The notes below the pieces were generated by a model. That model was not told the origin of the DNA. It made no database searches and saw nothing but the letters and a program-made list of their open reading frames with translations. DNA of 64,000 nt. Origin: Chiloscyllium plagiosum (lineage: Eukaryota). The position numbers were made by a program, and so were the translations under genes. Below are positions 24,835-36,385 of the stretch, one piece after another (within the stretch, counting starts at the first letter, position 1; the number at the start of each line of letters is the position of its first letter). The stretch lies in assembly GCF_004010195.1 (NCBI RefSeq), contig NC_057718.1, positions 104,762,697-104,826,696 on the forward strand. The letters are read 5' to 3'.

Positions 24835-25245
24835 CCTGGGCCAGTACTTCGTATCCACACCCTAATTACCCTTCAGGTGTTGGTAGTGAGCTGTCTTCAT
24901 GAACTAATGTAATCTGTGAGGAATAGCCCACAATGCTTTTAGGGAGAGAATTCTACGGTTTCCACCCAACGGCAGTGAAGGAACAGAGATAGATTTCCAA
25001 GTCAGGATGGTGAGTGGCTTAGAGGGAACTGCAGGGGATGTTGTTCCCATGTATCTTCTCCATGCCCTTATCCTTCTCGATGGAAGTGGTTATGGATTAG
25101 GAAGATGCAGTCAGAGGATCTTTGGTGAATTTCTGCAGTGCAGCTTGTAGATAGCAGCAGCAGCAGCAGCAGCAGTGTGTACTGAGTGTCGGTGGTGGAG
25201 GGAGTGGATGTGGATGGGGTATTAAGTGGGCTGCTTTGACCTTGT
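24835..25245 (-). mobile_element. Second-family LINE 3' fragment containing a short (CAG)n run
   Basis: ATTTCCAAGTCAGGATGGTGAGTGGCTT block shared with the other copies. Confidence 0.75.
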
Positions 25246-26129
25246 TTTGACAATGATGAAATCTCTTCCATCTTTCTGTGCAGTGGTCTTTTGTGGGTCT
25301 CCAAAATTAATTGATCCACCATTGCTGACGGGATGGATCCTGGGCTTTGGAATTGTCTCTATAAACCTTAAATTTCCTTTAACAATACCGCTGTGAAACA
25401 ACCTGGGAACCCATTACAATGTTAAAGTAGCAAAGTAACTCCAACATGTTACAGATACATCTCTGCTGTCACCTGTACGGTTCAGACATGCTGTGCCAGT
25501 TCGGACTGCCATTGTCTGTTTCTGTTTCTGTCCCCACCTCCTCCGATAAATGACTGAATTTGGATTTGAAATGCTTGTGAAGGATCTGGATTATTTTTGC
25601 AGTTCAATGTTTTGGTTGAGATTCTGTTTGCATTATCTGTCCAGACACTTTCAGTACATTTTCATCTGGGATTTACTTTTATCTTGCTGGCAATCTATTG
25701 AAATACAAAATAAAAGATGAGGTTTAACTGATGGTGCAGTGAGTGAGGATATAGGTTGGTGAGGTCTTCAGCCATGAAGAATTAAATGATCTCCGGTCTC
25801 ATCAGCCGAGGGAATTGTATTTGTTTCCATGAACTAAGATTTCCTAGTGTTCTCCTTTGAATCTATACCATTGACCTAGACTTCAGTTTACAGACAACAG
25901 TTACAGATAGGCAATTAGAAGGACAATTGTAATAAGGATTATGCAGTAGGTGTTCTGTCTACATATATACTGGGTAAACCGCGGTGGTAAAATACTGTGG
26001 AGGATACATTCCAGATACAAAACTGTGTTCCAGAGCAGTAGGTTAGAGAATCAACCAGAGAATAGACTATTTTAGATCAGTATTATGTAATGAAAAAGAA
26101 CCAATCAGTAACCCTTTTGTAAAGGCACA

Positions 26130-27830
26130 TCTGGAGAAGAGTAATCATATGATATAATTTTACATTAACTTTGAATGTGATGTAATACAAAACTTGGGTC
26201 TGAAATATGAATCAAGAAAATTATAAAGACCTGAAGGGGAAATTGCCTGTGCCGAATTAGGAAGCCAAATTGAAAGGTATGATGGGAGTTGGGTAATGGG
26301 CAGCTTTTAAAGACTGAATACATAATGTACAACAAACATCCATTCCTTCAAGACCTAATACCACAAGAGGATAAGTGAGTCGACTCCTAGAAAAGGAACA
26401 TAAAGATTGTGCTCTATCCCAAGAGGAGGTTTACAAAGTTAGCAAAAACCAAGGAAACCTGAGGATTGGGTGCATTTTAACATTTATAAATTCATGCAGT
26501 TGTGCAAAAGGCCCTTCAGCCCATCAGATCTATACCAACATAACTCCCACATAAAATGCACTAATCCCAATTTCCTGCACTTGTCATAACATTCAAGGAT
26601 ATAGGACATTTCAAGTACTCATCCAAATATTTTTTAAAGATTGTAAGGTTTCCGGTCTCCACTACCTTCTGCAAAGAGACCCAAGAAACTGATGAAGAGA
26701 GAATAGAAGATGAAAGCAAATTAACAAGAAGCCTAAAAACTTCTATAAGTCTAGGGAGAATAAGGAACTGAAAGAAAGTAGGATGAGTAAGTACAAAGTG
26801 TTGGAGAAATTAATGGGACTGAAGTTGACAGGTCGGGGAGGAAGTGAGCACTGCAGATGCTAGAGATCAGAGCCAAAGAGTGCGGTGCTGGAAAAGCACA
26901 GCAGGTCAGGCAGCATCCGAGGAGCGGGAATTCCACAGGTAGATGAAGGTGGGAGGTTATGGTGATAGGTCGGAGAGGAGGGTGGAGGGATAGGTGGGAG
27001 GGAAGATGGACAGGTAGGTCAGTTCAAGAGGGCGGTGCTGAGTTGGAGGGTTGGATCTTGGATGAGGTTGCGGGGGAGGGAAAATGAGGAAACTGGTGAA
27101 ATCCACATTAATGCCGTGTGGTTAGAGGGTCCCAAGGTGGAAGATGAGGCGCTCTCCCTCCAGGCATCAGGTGGAGGAGGCCCAGGACTTGCATGTCTTT
27201 GGCAAAGTGGGAAGGTGAGTTGAAGTGTTCGGCCACTAGGCGATGGAGTTGTTTAGTGCGTATCGCAGAGATGTTCTCTGAAACATTCCACAAATGTGTA
27301 CCCCCCAGAGATGGCCTGGTCCCCAGCCCCAACACTGGACATTCCAGGCTGTTGCAGGTGGTGGCTGTAGAGAGTGTGCATGTGCTCATGTACATCTTTT
27401 AAAATTCAAAAGACTTTGGAATATTTTCTGCAGATTGGAATGTAGTAAATGAGGCCCCACTGTTTAAGAAAGAAAGGAGAGAGAAACTAGGAACTACATC
27501 ATGACATCAACACCAGGGAATCTATTACAAAGACATTTAGTAAATAGTAATTGGGCAGATTTGCCATGGATTTGTGGAAAGGTTTGACAAATCTGTTTGG
27601 GATTTTTTGAGGTTGTAACTAGCAGAATATATGAGGGGAACAAGCAGAGGTTATATCTGGGTTTTCTGAAGGCTTTCGTTAAGATGTCCACACATGAGGT
27701 AAGTAACCAAATCAGAGTGGGTGAGATTGAGAGTTATATTCTCATCTGGGAGGTTGGTTAACAGCAAGAAGTTTAATCATTTAGGGTTGGCAGGTTGTGA
27801 CTAGTGGAGGCATCTCAAGAAGTGGTTTTA
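26130..27830 (+). mobile_element. Old CR1 ORF2 remnant interrupted by a minus-strand Penelope-like fragment (about 26836-27285)
   Basis: CR1-type blocks (GATTGGAATGTAG...CCACTGTTTAAGAAAG, GGATTTTTTGAGGTTGTAACTAGC); the Penelope piece encodes VAEHFNSPSH...DMQVLGL. Confidence 0.65.
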
Positions 27831-28519
27831 ACAGGAGGCTGTGCAGCCCTTCACTGCTTCCACAGTCCTTCCACATTTTGTGTCATCTGCAAATTTTGAA
27901 GTTGTTCCTTGTGCCCCAAAAAATAAAAATGTTTCTGAAACGCCTCTGTTCCTTTGAACCCTTCCCTCTAACTTTCTTTCATGTCTCTCTTATAACTTTA
28001 ATGATATCTTCCATTAGCTTTTTAAACAATTCCTAAAATAAAAACAAATAGTCTCTATCACTGTAGCTGAGACTCTAATATTCTTGTATCCAATGCTGAA
28101 GCTGCAGTGGTTTAGGAATGTTCAGAAGGACTGTGCTGACCACTTAAACTCTTCAAGATTCACACTATATCAGAATATGTTTTAAATTCTAGTTCAGTCA
28201 CGTGATGGGACCCACAAGTGACCGTAATTATAGTTTACTAAATAGTCAGACTCCTACGAAAATGGCAGTATGCCATTTTTGTCTGGCATGTATAATGCAC
28301 TGTCAATGTATAAGGTCTTTAACCCCTTGAAAAATTTACAGGCTGTCTGAAAAATATTGTCAGCTTTAATTTCAACTTGCTTATTACAGTACAGTGCAGC
28401 AACTCTTAGAAGTGGCTTTGTTGAGACATGTTTGAAATGCCTCCATATTGTGCCAGTGGTTAGGATCTGATTGGTAAATAATCAATAATAGCTCAACTGG
28501 GAAGAGAAATCAAATCCCT

Positions 28520-28935
28520 GTGCAGAGACTTGAGCTCACCCAGACGCTGACTCTCTAGTGTAGTGCTAAGGGAGTGCTGCACTGTCAGAGGTGCTGTCAT
28601 TCTGATGTGACATTGAACTGCAGCCCAATCTGTCCTCGCGGGCACAGTCTCAAGAAGAGTGGGGGAGTTCTCCCAGTATTCTGATCATCCTTTACCCCTC
28701 AACATTGCAGTAAAACTGATCATCTGGTCATTTATTACATTGCTGTTTGTGGGAGCTTGCTAGCTGCCAGGCTGCTGACATAACAGCAGCAACAATATTT
28801 AGGAGAAACTATGTTTACAGTATAAAAGGAGGCCATTTGGCCATTATTTCAGTGGTATAAAGGACTTAATTGCATATAAAGCAACTTGGAATGTCATGAG
28901 TTCATGAAAGATGCTGTTGAAAAGCAAATCTGTCT
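28520..28935 (+). mobile_element. Deu-domain SINE (SacSINE1/AmnSINE1-related)
   Basis: GGGAGTGCTGCACTGTCAGAGGTGCTGTC...ATCTGGTCATTTATTACATTGCTGTTTGTGGGAGCTTGCT resembles the Deu domain as recalled; related remnants near 38700, 39690-40000, 49820 and 50200. Confidence 0.65.
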
Positions 28936-29338
28936 TCCATTGCTCACATCACCAGCTAATTGAGCTCAAGATAAATTTATTTATCGGGAAGTGTATTTGA
29001 GGGTGTACTCAAAGTAACAACAAAACAAACTTTCCAAAGTTGGAGCTGCATCATGGTTGGGTCCATTCTCCTCTGTTGGTCATGCCCTTCTGGATGAAGA
29101 TACTGGACTAGTTCTTACAATTTGGTGTAAAATACACTATTTGCATGGAAGGCAATCATGACATTGGGAAACCAATGCAAAGGGGGCGGGTAACTTGCTA
29201 TCTGAACCCCTGCTTCATGATTTGCACAACATACAAAGTAAAAAAATCTACCCATTCAGAGCAAAGCACTACTCGCCTACGTACATACTGAAACTTCTAA
29301 CAATTTTTTTGTGCAGTGATCTAGCTTGCATTTTTCCA

Positions 29339-29440
29339 AGTTCTGAGGAAGAGTCACTTGGCCAGAAATGTTAACTGTGATTTCTCTCCACAGATGCTGC
29401 CAGACCTGCTGAGTTTTTTCAGCACTTTCTGTTTTTGTTG
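29339..29440 (+). mobile_element. Penelope terminus, family C, with a degenerate hammerhead core
   Basis: AGTT CTGAGGA AGAGTCACTTGGCCA GAAATGTT AACT followed by TCTCTCCACAGATGCTGCCAGACCTGCTGAG. Confidence 0.65.
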
Positions 29441-30511
29441 CTTGCTTATTTAGGAAATAGTGTATTTGATTGAAGCTTGAATACATGAAAACAGTATATC
29501 GAACTGAGAGTGACACCTTCTCTCTCAGTTGTGTAAATATGTTGTTTCAATTTAAAACTAAGCAGCAAGTTTCGTTTTGACCTGAGGAAGGGTTTTTGTT
29601 GGAATTAGTTCAGGTTTTGTTAGTTTGCAAGTTGTACTTTTTCTAAGCAGCTTTAAATATGTTTTCAAAAGAGGAACCTGTAGGACAGCCAGTGAACCGG
29701 ATATCAGCCTGGAGCTGGATTGTTTGTCAGATTGGTGAGTTTGCGTGTAGGTTTTTTTTGGTGTGGGAGTAATTTCCTGTTGTTGAGTAGAATTTTTATA
29801 TTTAGAGCTACCTAGCAATTGGGGTCTGTAAGGTTTTAGTTGGTTTTGGAATCTCCCTGCTCCTGTCTTCTCCACCTGACCCCCCCCCCACACACACACA
29901 CAATTTTGCTTTCCCAAAGGAAAGCTAGAGAGTAGAACAAGACTCCTCTTCCTCCAAATCTTCCCCCTGGCCCTAACCCTCTTTTCTGCACCCCCCCCAC
30001 CAAACTTCCTTTCTGCTTTTCACTCCCCTCCACCTTCTCTGTCCCCTCACCAACCCCACTCTTCCAAATCCCAATGGGTGTAGCTCTTGGTCAAAACTCT
30101 CGTTCACAAAGTTTCCCAGCTAACAACAATCTGCATTTATATTGCAGCTTCAACAGAATTAAATGACGAAAGGGGCTCCAGGGGAGTGATTATGAAGAAA
30201 AAATTGTCACCAAGCCACAGGAGGAGATATTGAGGCAGGTGACTGAGATCAAAGAGAAGTGGAGCGGTTTACCAAAGAAACACCAAAGTTTAACATTCAG
30301 GTGTTGAAGGTAAGGCTACACATGGTGGTGATATTTTTTCCCTTTATAGTTCTTTTATGGGAGATGGGTGTCACTGGGTCAGCATTTATTGTCCACTCCA
30401 AGTTCCTTTTGAGAAACTGGTGGTGAGCTGCCATCTTGAGCCACTGCTGTAGGTAGACCTTCAATGTCCTCATGGAGGGAATTCCAGGATTTTGATCCAG
30501 CAACAGTGAGT

Positions 30512-30968
30512 GCTCCGAAAGCTAGTGCTTCCAAATAAACCTGTTGGACTATAACCTGTATTGCATGATTTTTAACTTTGTCCATCCCAGTCCAACACCG
30601 ACATCTCCGAATCATTCCTCAGACAGCATCTTCCAAACCCATGCCCACTCCCGTCTGGAAGGACAAGGGCAGCAGATACACGGGAACACCACCCCCTGCA
30701 AATTCCCCTCCAAGCCACTCACTTATACTAAATTGGAAATATATCACCATTCCCTCCATGAGTGGCCTGGAGGGGGATTTGCAGGGGGTGGTGTTCCCGT
30801 GTATCTGCTGCCCTTGTCCTTCCAGACGGGAGTGGGCATGGGTTTGGAAGATGCTGTCTGAGGAATGATTCGGAGATGTCGGTGTTGGACTGGGATGGAC
30901 AAAGTTAAAAATCATGCAATACAGGTTATAGTCCAACAGGTTTATTTGGAAGCACTAGCTTTCAGAGC
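30512..30968. repeat. Long inverted repeat: arms of about 210 bp with a 37-nt spacer
   Basis: 30517-30703 is the exact reverse complement of 30777-30963; near-identical ORFs appear on both strands. Confidence 0.95.
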
Positions 30969-31065
30969 GTCGCTCCTTCATCTGATGAGGGAGCAGCGCT
31001 CCGAAAGCTAGTGTGCTTCCAATTAAACCTATTGGACTATAACCTGGTGTTGTGTGATTTTTAAC
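30866..31065. mobile_element. Penelope-terminus inverted-pair mini-element, family B
   Basis: TSD TCTGAGGAA at 30857-30865 and 31066-31074; plus-strand hammerhead core at 30979-31013. Confidence 0.8.
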
Positions 31066-32479
31066 TCTGAGGAAGCAAGAATCTTGGAAAGTTTTGGGGC
31101 TGGAGAAGATTACAAAGAATGGGAGGGCAGTTACTGCAGAGCATTTTGAAAGCAATGGTTTTAAAGTTTTGAGGTGTTGCTTAATTGGGAGTGAGTGGTC
31201 TTGGGGGAACAGGACTTGGTACAAGTTAGAATGTGAGTATTAGAATCTGGAGGATAGAGTGCGGTGGGGAGGGGGGGACCAATGGGGAGAGTTGGAGTGG
31301 CTGAATCTGAAATTAAAAGCATGAATTAGAAACCTCCTACTGCGGTGGTATAAAACTTACTGCAGAATACTCAAAATTTTAGGAATGTATGGAGTTATAA
31401 ATTTGCAATAAAGACCAATACCATAACCGCGTGCTAAGCTGGCAAAAATAAAACAGGACAGATGAGACCTTCCTTGATGAGTTGGGGATAAGGCAATTCT
31501 CGGAGAAAAGGTTAAAACCAGACTTTGAGGGTGGGGGAACAATCCAGTTCAGACAAGAGAAAGCTACTGAACGTGAGCCAGGCTGGCCAAATCCTGAACA
31601 AAATCCTTCCCACAGGTCAGTTAAGAGGTGGTGGGACTAAGACTACATCAGTCTTTGGTTAAAGAGACCAACACTCGCTCTGTTCAGGTGCTGCAAATCA
31701 GAAACAGATTCAGAAAATGTTGGAGAAACTCAGCAGTCTGGCAGCATCTGGGGAGAGAGAAACACAGTTAAGGTTTTGGGTTTGGTGACCCTTCATCAGA
31801 TCCTGCACATCCCTGTTCATCCTCCAGCATCATTGTCAGGGGTCAGGTAGCTCATCCTATTTAAAATCCACTACGCTCCAACTCAATATTCCGGTGATCC
31901 TAGCTGAGACCTGTCTCTGCAGCCAGTGTATCAGCTCAGAGGCCTTAGGAAAACGAAGGAGATATTTGGATTCTCTCCCTCGTGCGCCAGTCTGCCTGAA
32001 GAGGTGAACAGGCTCCAGACAGTCTTCACCTTTGCTCTAGTGAAATCCGGGAGTGAGATTGGGTCTGTCAGTTTGTACCAACTAATGCTACAGTGTCTTC
32101 TCATAAAGGCTTCATTTCCGAAGGCTTACAAGGGAAAAAGTGTCTCCGGGATTCAGCACTCGCTCATAAAGCTGAGAAAATTACAGAAAGGGAATAAGTG
32201 ACGGTTTATTGAAATGAAACTCCTCTCTCAACAACAGACAGTAACTTGCATTTGTTTAGCGCCTTTCAACACAGTGAGACAGTTGTTAGTTTTTCACCAG
32301 TGAAAGCTGCTGGTTGATCTTTCTTTGCAGTGTCACACACTGGGGCAATATTGTTAACCCACGGCCTTTTCTCTGTCCAGTTTGAAGAATGCCAAGGAGT
32401 GATGCGAGGGTAGAAGCTGAAGTGTTTGAAGATGTTCTGAAATATCTGCAATTTATTGTAGGATTGCTGCAGTGTGGGA

Positions 32480-32804
32480 GTGAGTCACTTTATTGCTGCT
32501 CTGGCTTCCCTCCCCCTCCCCCTGGCCCTTTAAGCGGAAGGCAGGGTGCTGTGGCTGATTGACAGCGAGTGTAGAAATGCTATGTCCCTCCCCCGAGCCA
32601 GAGACGGGAGGTTCCAGCCCAGTGTAGTGGGCTGTGTGTGATTGCAGGCGCCTCTGTTAGGGGGAGAGCAGGAGGGCAGCTGCTGTGGGATCGATACTGG
32701 GGATCTACTGAGATCCTAGAGAGCCTGTGTGAAGCTGAGGGGAATCGATCATGGAACTGAGGTGGTATTGCACATGACAGAGACTTTAACCAGACTTGGT
32801 AAGA
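32480..32804 (+). promoter_or_regulatory. Candidate alternative promoter / first exon of SERTAD2 ending at donor TTG|GTAAGA (GT at 32799)
   Basis: TGAGTCA (32481), C-rich box, TTTAAG, CGGAAG and TGATTGACAG (32556) in GC-rich unique sequence. Confidence 0.45.
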
Positions 32805-33178
32805 GCAATGTTGTATATCCCAGCGGGTCTGACTGGTAAGACTTCGGGCGCATACTTTACAGCAAGTTTTCAAACTGCGGAGGCTGTTGTGTGAAGGATT
32901 ACGCTGAACTGAAACTGGAATTACATAAAATAACACAAACCGACAAAGTACACACAGTCTTACTGCTGCCAGTGCGTTTCGAGACTAGTCAGTTAACTGC
33001 TTGTCAGCAAATATACTTTTAACATTGAAAACTTTCCGTTCCTTAAGCGCCAAAGGCCACTGCTCAACCTCTTTTAAAATACAGTAACCAGCAGCGGTTT
33101 GTAAAAGTTGACAAACTGCTGTGTGGGAAGCCCAGGCTGGGAGCTGGGGGAATCTCCAGTTTATCCACAGAATTATCA

Positions 33179-33369
33179 TGATGTGGAGATGCCGGTGTTG
33201 GACTGGGGAAGCACTAGCTTTCGGAGCGCTGCTCCTTCAGGTGGTTGTGGAGTACAGTATAAGGCTTATACTTCTCAACCACCTGATGAAGGAGCAGCGC
33301 TCCGAAAGCTAGTGCTTCCAGATAAACCTGTTGGACTATAACCTGATGATGTGTGATTTTTAACTTTGT
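33179..33369. mobile_element. Penelope-terminus inverted-pair mini-element, family B
   Basis: Perfect TSD ACAGAATTATCA at 33167-33178 and 33370-33381. Confidence 0.85.
33280..33314 (+). ncRNA. Minimal type I hammerhead ribozyme motif (Penelope-type)
   Basis: CAC-CUGAUGA-A-GGAGC(agc)GCUCC-GAAA-GCU-A-GUG: core intact, stem I CAC/GUG, stem II 5 bp, palindromic loop-less stem III (AGCU). Confidence 0.75.
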
Positions 33370-34261
33370 ACAGAATTATCAGCACACTTTAAAATTACAA
33401 AGTAATTAGCTGAGTTAATCTGATTGTGAAGACTTTAGGTTGGTGTTTTGGTTGCTATAAGTAGAGGGTATTGGTTTTAGACACCAATTACTGTTCCCAA
33501 ATGCAGCACAGGCAACAAGCAATGTGTTATTCTCTGTTCAGGAGTGTTTTTACGGGGAATAAATGTGGCTCTTCTTTGACTTAGTCTGTGTGAATGGTAA
33601 TTCCAGTTAGTGATAGGCCCTTTTATACCATTTAGCTAAATGCATAGAATATTAGTATATCAGAAGATGCAGAAATTGGCCATTCACTGTCGATCTGATA
33701 ATTCGCAACTCCACTTTCCTGCCTTTTCCCTGTAACCCTTGATTCCTTTCCTGATTAAACATCTATATACCTCGGTACTGATTATACTTAAATGACCCAA
33801 CGTCAACAGCCATCTTGAGATATCTACCCTTTAAGAGGAGAAATTTCTGATCACCTGTGTCTTAAATCTGTGGTCCTTTGCTCTGAGATTATGCCCTCTG
33901 ATCACAGGGGAAGCTATCTTTTCTGTATCTATCCTCCCAAATCCCCCTAAGAATCTTATGTTGATTATTGAAATGATTCGGTGCCTGTCTTGCTGAAAAC
34001 CAGCTTTATTTTGCACACTTTTGCATGGAGGTGGTGAACCTTTGGTGTAGTTCCCATTGGAATTGTTTGGGTGTTTTGTACAGTGCAACAATAAGGCTGC
34101 AGAGAAGGTGCACTGAGAGCAAGATCAACATTTAAATTTGAAGTCTGAGAGGTCCATTCAAAGTCTAGTAATAGTGGGAAAGTTCTTGAATCTGTTGGTT
34201 CACGTGTTTAAGTTTTTCTATCTTTTGCTTGCTGGAAGAGGATGGAAGAGATTATAACTCT

Positions 34262-34398
34262 CCCTCTTTATGGGCATTTAAGCGGGCATTGGATAGGTAT
34301 ATGGAGGATAGTGGGTTAGTATAGGTTAGGTGGGCTTGGATCGGCGCAACATCAAGGGCCAAAGGGCCTGTACTGCGCTGTATTCTTCTATGTTCTAT
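34262..34398 (+). mobile_element. CR1 3' tail (same subfamily as the copy at 8108)
   Basis: GGATCGGCGCAACATC..GGGCC.AAGGGCCTGTACTGCGCTGTATTCTTCTATGTTCTATG. Confidence 0.8.
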
Positions 34399-34790
34399 GG
34401 TGGGAAAGGTCTTTGATGAAGGCTGCTTTTTTAGTATCTATCACAATTTTAAATGAACAGCATTAGTTTATTTCAGATGAATTATTTTGGCGTTGTAATT
34501 GGACCTCTTAGATAATGTGTCATGAAATTCTGGAAAAGGTGATGGACAAATAGAGACCAGCTCCTGGTTAAAGCTAAGGAAGAATAAATGTAACAACTGT
34601 GTGATATGAATAAAAAATATTCAGACATTTGGTGTAAATAAATTTAACATGGTACTACACTTTGCAAAAGGCTGTCGTGGTTTTGATGAAGTCTGACACC
34701 TTTTTAAAGGTCTGTATCTCCCTGTAGTTTTGGTCTTCACAAAAGTTATTTTCCTGCAGGAATCTGGTTTCTTTTCTTTTTTTTGTGAAC

Positions 34791-35120
34791 AGGATATCTA
34801 ACTCTCCTGTTTTTTTTATTCCTGTTCTTTTTTTATTTTTTTTATTTTTTTTCCCCACACTACCGCCTAACTGCGCCTAAAAAATAAAAAAAAGAACAGG
34901 AATAAAAAAAATAAACAGGAGAGTTAGATATCCTAACTGCGGTAGTGCTTATTTTTTCCCCAGCACCCATGTTGTGTGTGTGTAGGTGTGAGACGCAGTG
35001 AAAGACACAAGGTGCATGAATCTTTATTCAGTTTCCACCACCAGGAAGATAGGAAAACACTCGAGTGGCCAGTGACAAGCCACAGTGCCCTTCACATCAA
35101 AGGGCAATGCTGTGTGATCA
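34791..35120 (-). mobile_element. Probable poly(A)-tailed retroelement 3' end with a local inverted duplication
   Basis: Minus-strand AATAAA at about 35023, stem CACTACCGC/GCGGTAGTG and a T-rich tail on the left; family not identified. Confidence 0.45.
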
Positions 35121-35454
35121 AGGAATCTGGTTTCAGCTTTAATGTCCAGAATTGGATTGGCTGCACTGTAATGTTCCCATTAGTAGGAAATTTAGCTTTT
35201 GATCTGGTCATTTGATTTTCATAAAAGGCTTCTAATATTCTAACTTTGTAAAGTTTTCAATGAAGTGGTTTTGAAGTAATACGTGTTTGTGTTTAAGGCT
35301 GATGTTTAGCACTATTTCACTGAATATTGGTATCAGGGAGAATGATGTTAGCAAAGTGACAATTCAAATCCTATTTTCCAAAACTGTTCAATTGTTTCTG
35401 GGGTTTTTTTGTCTCTGTCTTTCGCTCTGTCTGTCAAGCTGTCTCTTTTTTTGT

Positions 35455-35575
35455 GTCTCTCTCTCGCTCGCTTGCTCTCTCCCTCTCTCTTGCTCTCTCC
35501 CTCTCCCTCTCCCTCTCCCTCTCCCTCTCCCTCTCCCTCTCCCTCTTACTCTCTCTCTCGCTCTCTTTCTCTCCC
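35455..35575. repeat. (CT)n/(CTCTCC)n microsatellite
   Basis: Read directly. Confidence 0.95.
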
Positions 35576-36250
35576 CTGTTTGTCTCAGTATGAAGCAGTG
35601 GGTGACAGTTACACCATTAGTTTTTGAAAGAAGCATGAATCTTGAAGTGTAACTGTGTCTTGAGTCTAAAGAACGAGTTGTTTAGAGGGTGGGGAAGGGG
35701 TCAGTTGACACACAGGGCCAAGGTCCACTTTAAACGCTGAGTAAGGGCTGTTAGCTCAACAGTATGCAGAAAATTGTGCCAACATTGGGAAAGTAGAAAG
35801 TGTAGGGTGGGGTTGTTGGGATTGGTGTAAATTCTGTTTTTGGACTATGTACAATATAGGAAACCAGTTGGATCAGTTTTGAATTGTTCTTGATTGCCTG
35901 TCCAAGACAAATTATCATCATGTTTGCGAATGAGCAGAGAACAAAATGATCTTGCAGAGTGTCTATGGGACTGTACCTACACTTAGTTGTGGAACAGTCA
36001 GTATTAAACTTGCATATAGACGTACCTCTTCCTTTTCAGCAGAAGCTGATTAAACCCCAAGGTGAAGTACAAATAGTTTACAGTACATTCCTGCTCCCTC
36101 CCTCAATAAAGCAAGCCATTGAATTCTTTAATCAAAACTTAACCCCATTCTCCACACTCTACCCTCCATTTTCTAATGTATTAATATACCTTGCAACAAC
36201 ACCGATGGACTTTATATATGGGAGAGTTTTTCTTTTTTCTGTCTTGCGAA

Positions 36251-36385
36251 TTTATCCTGATGAAGGGCTTATGCTCAAAACGTCGACTCTCCTGCTCCTC
36301 GGATGCTACCTGACCTGCTGTGCTTTTCCAGCAACACCCTTTTTGACTCTAACCTTTCAGCATCTGTAGTCCTCAGTTTCTTCTT
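36251..36385 (+). mobile_element. Penelope terminus, family A, with a mutated hammerhead core
   Basis: CCTGATGAAGGGCTTATGCTCAAAACGTCGACTCTCCTGCTCCTCGGATGC. Confidence 0.8.

Noticed and set aside
30544..30936. Pair of similar 105-aa ORFs on opposite strands
   Set aside because: A consequence of the palindrome in transposon-derived sequence, with non-ATG starts.
35287..35652. RG-, SP- and LP-repeat ORFs
   Set aside because: Translations of a (CTCTCC)n microsatellite.
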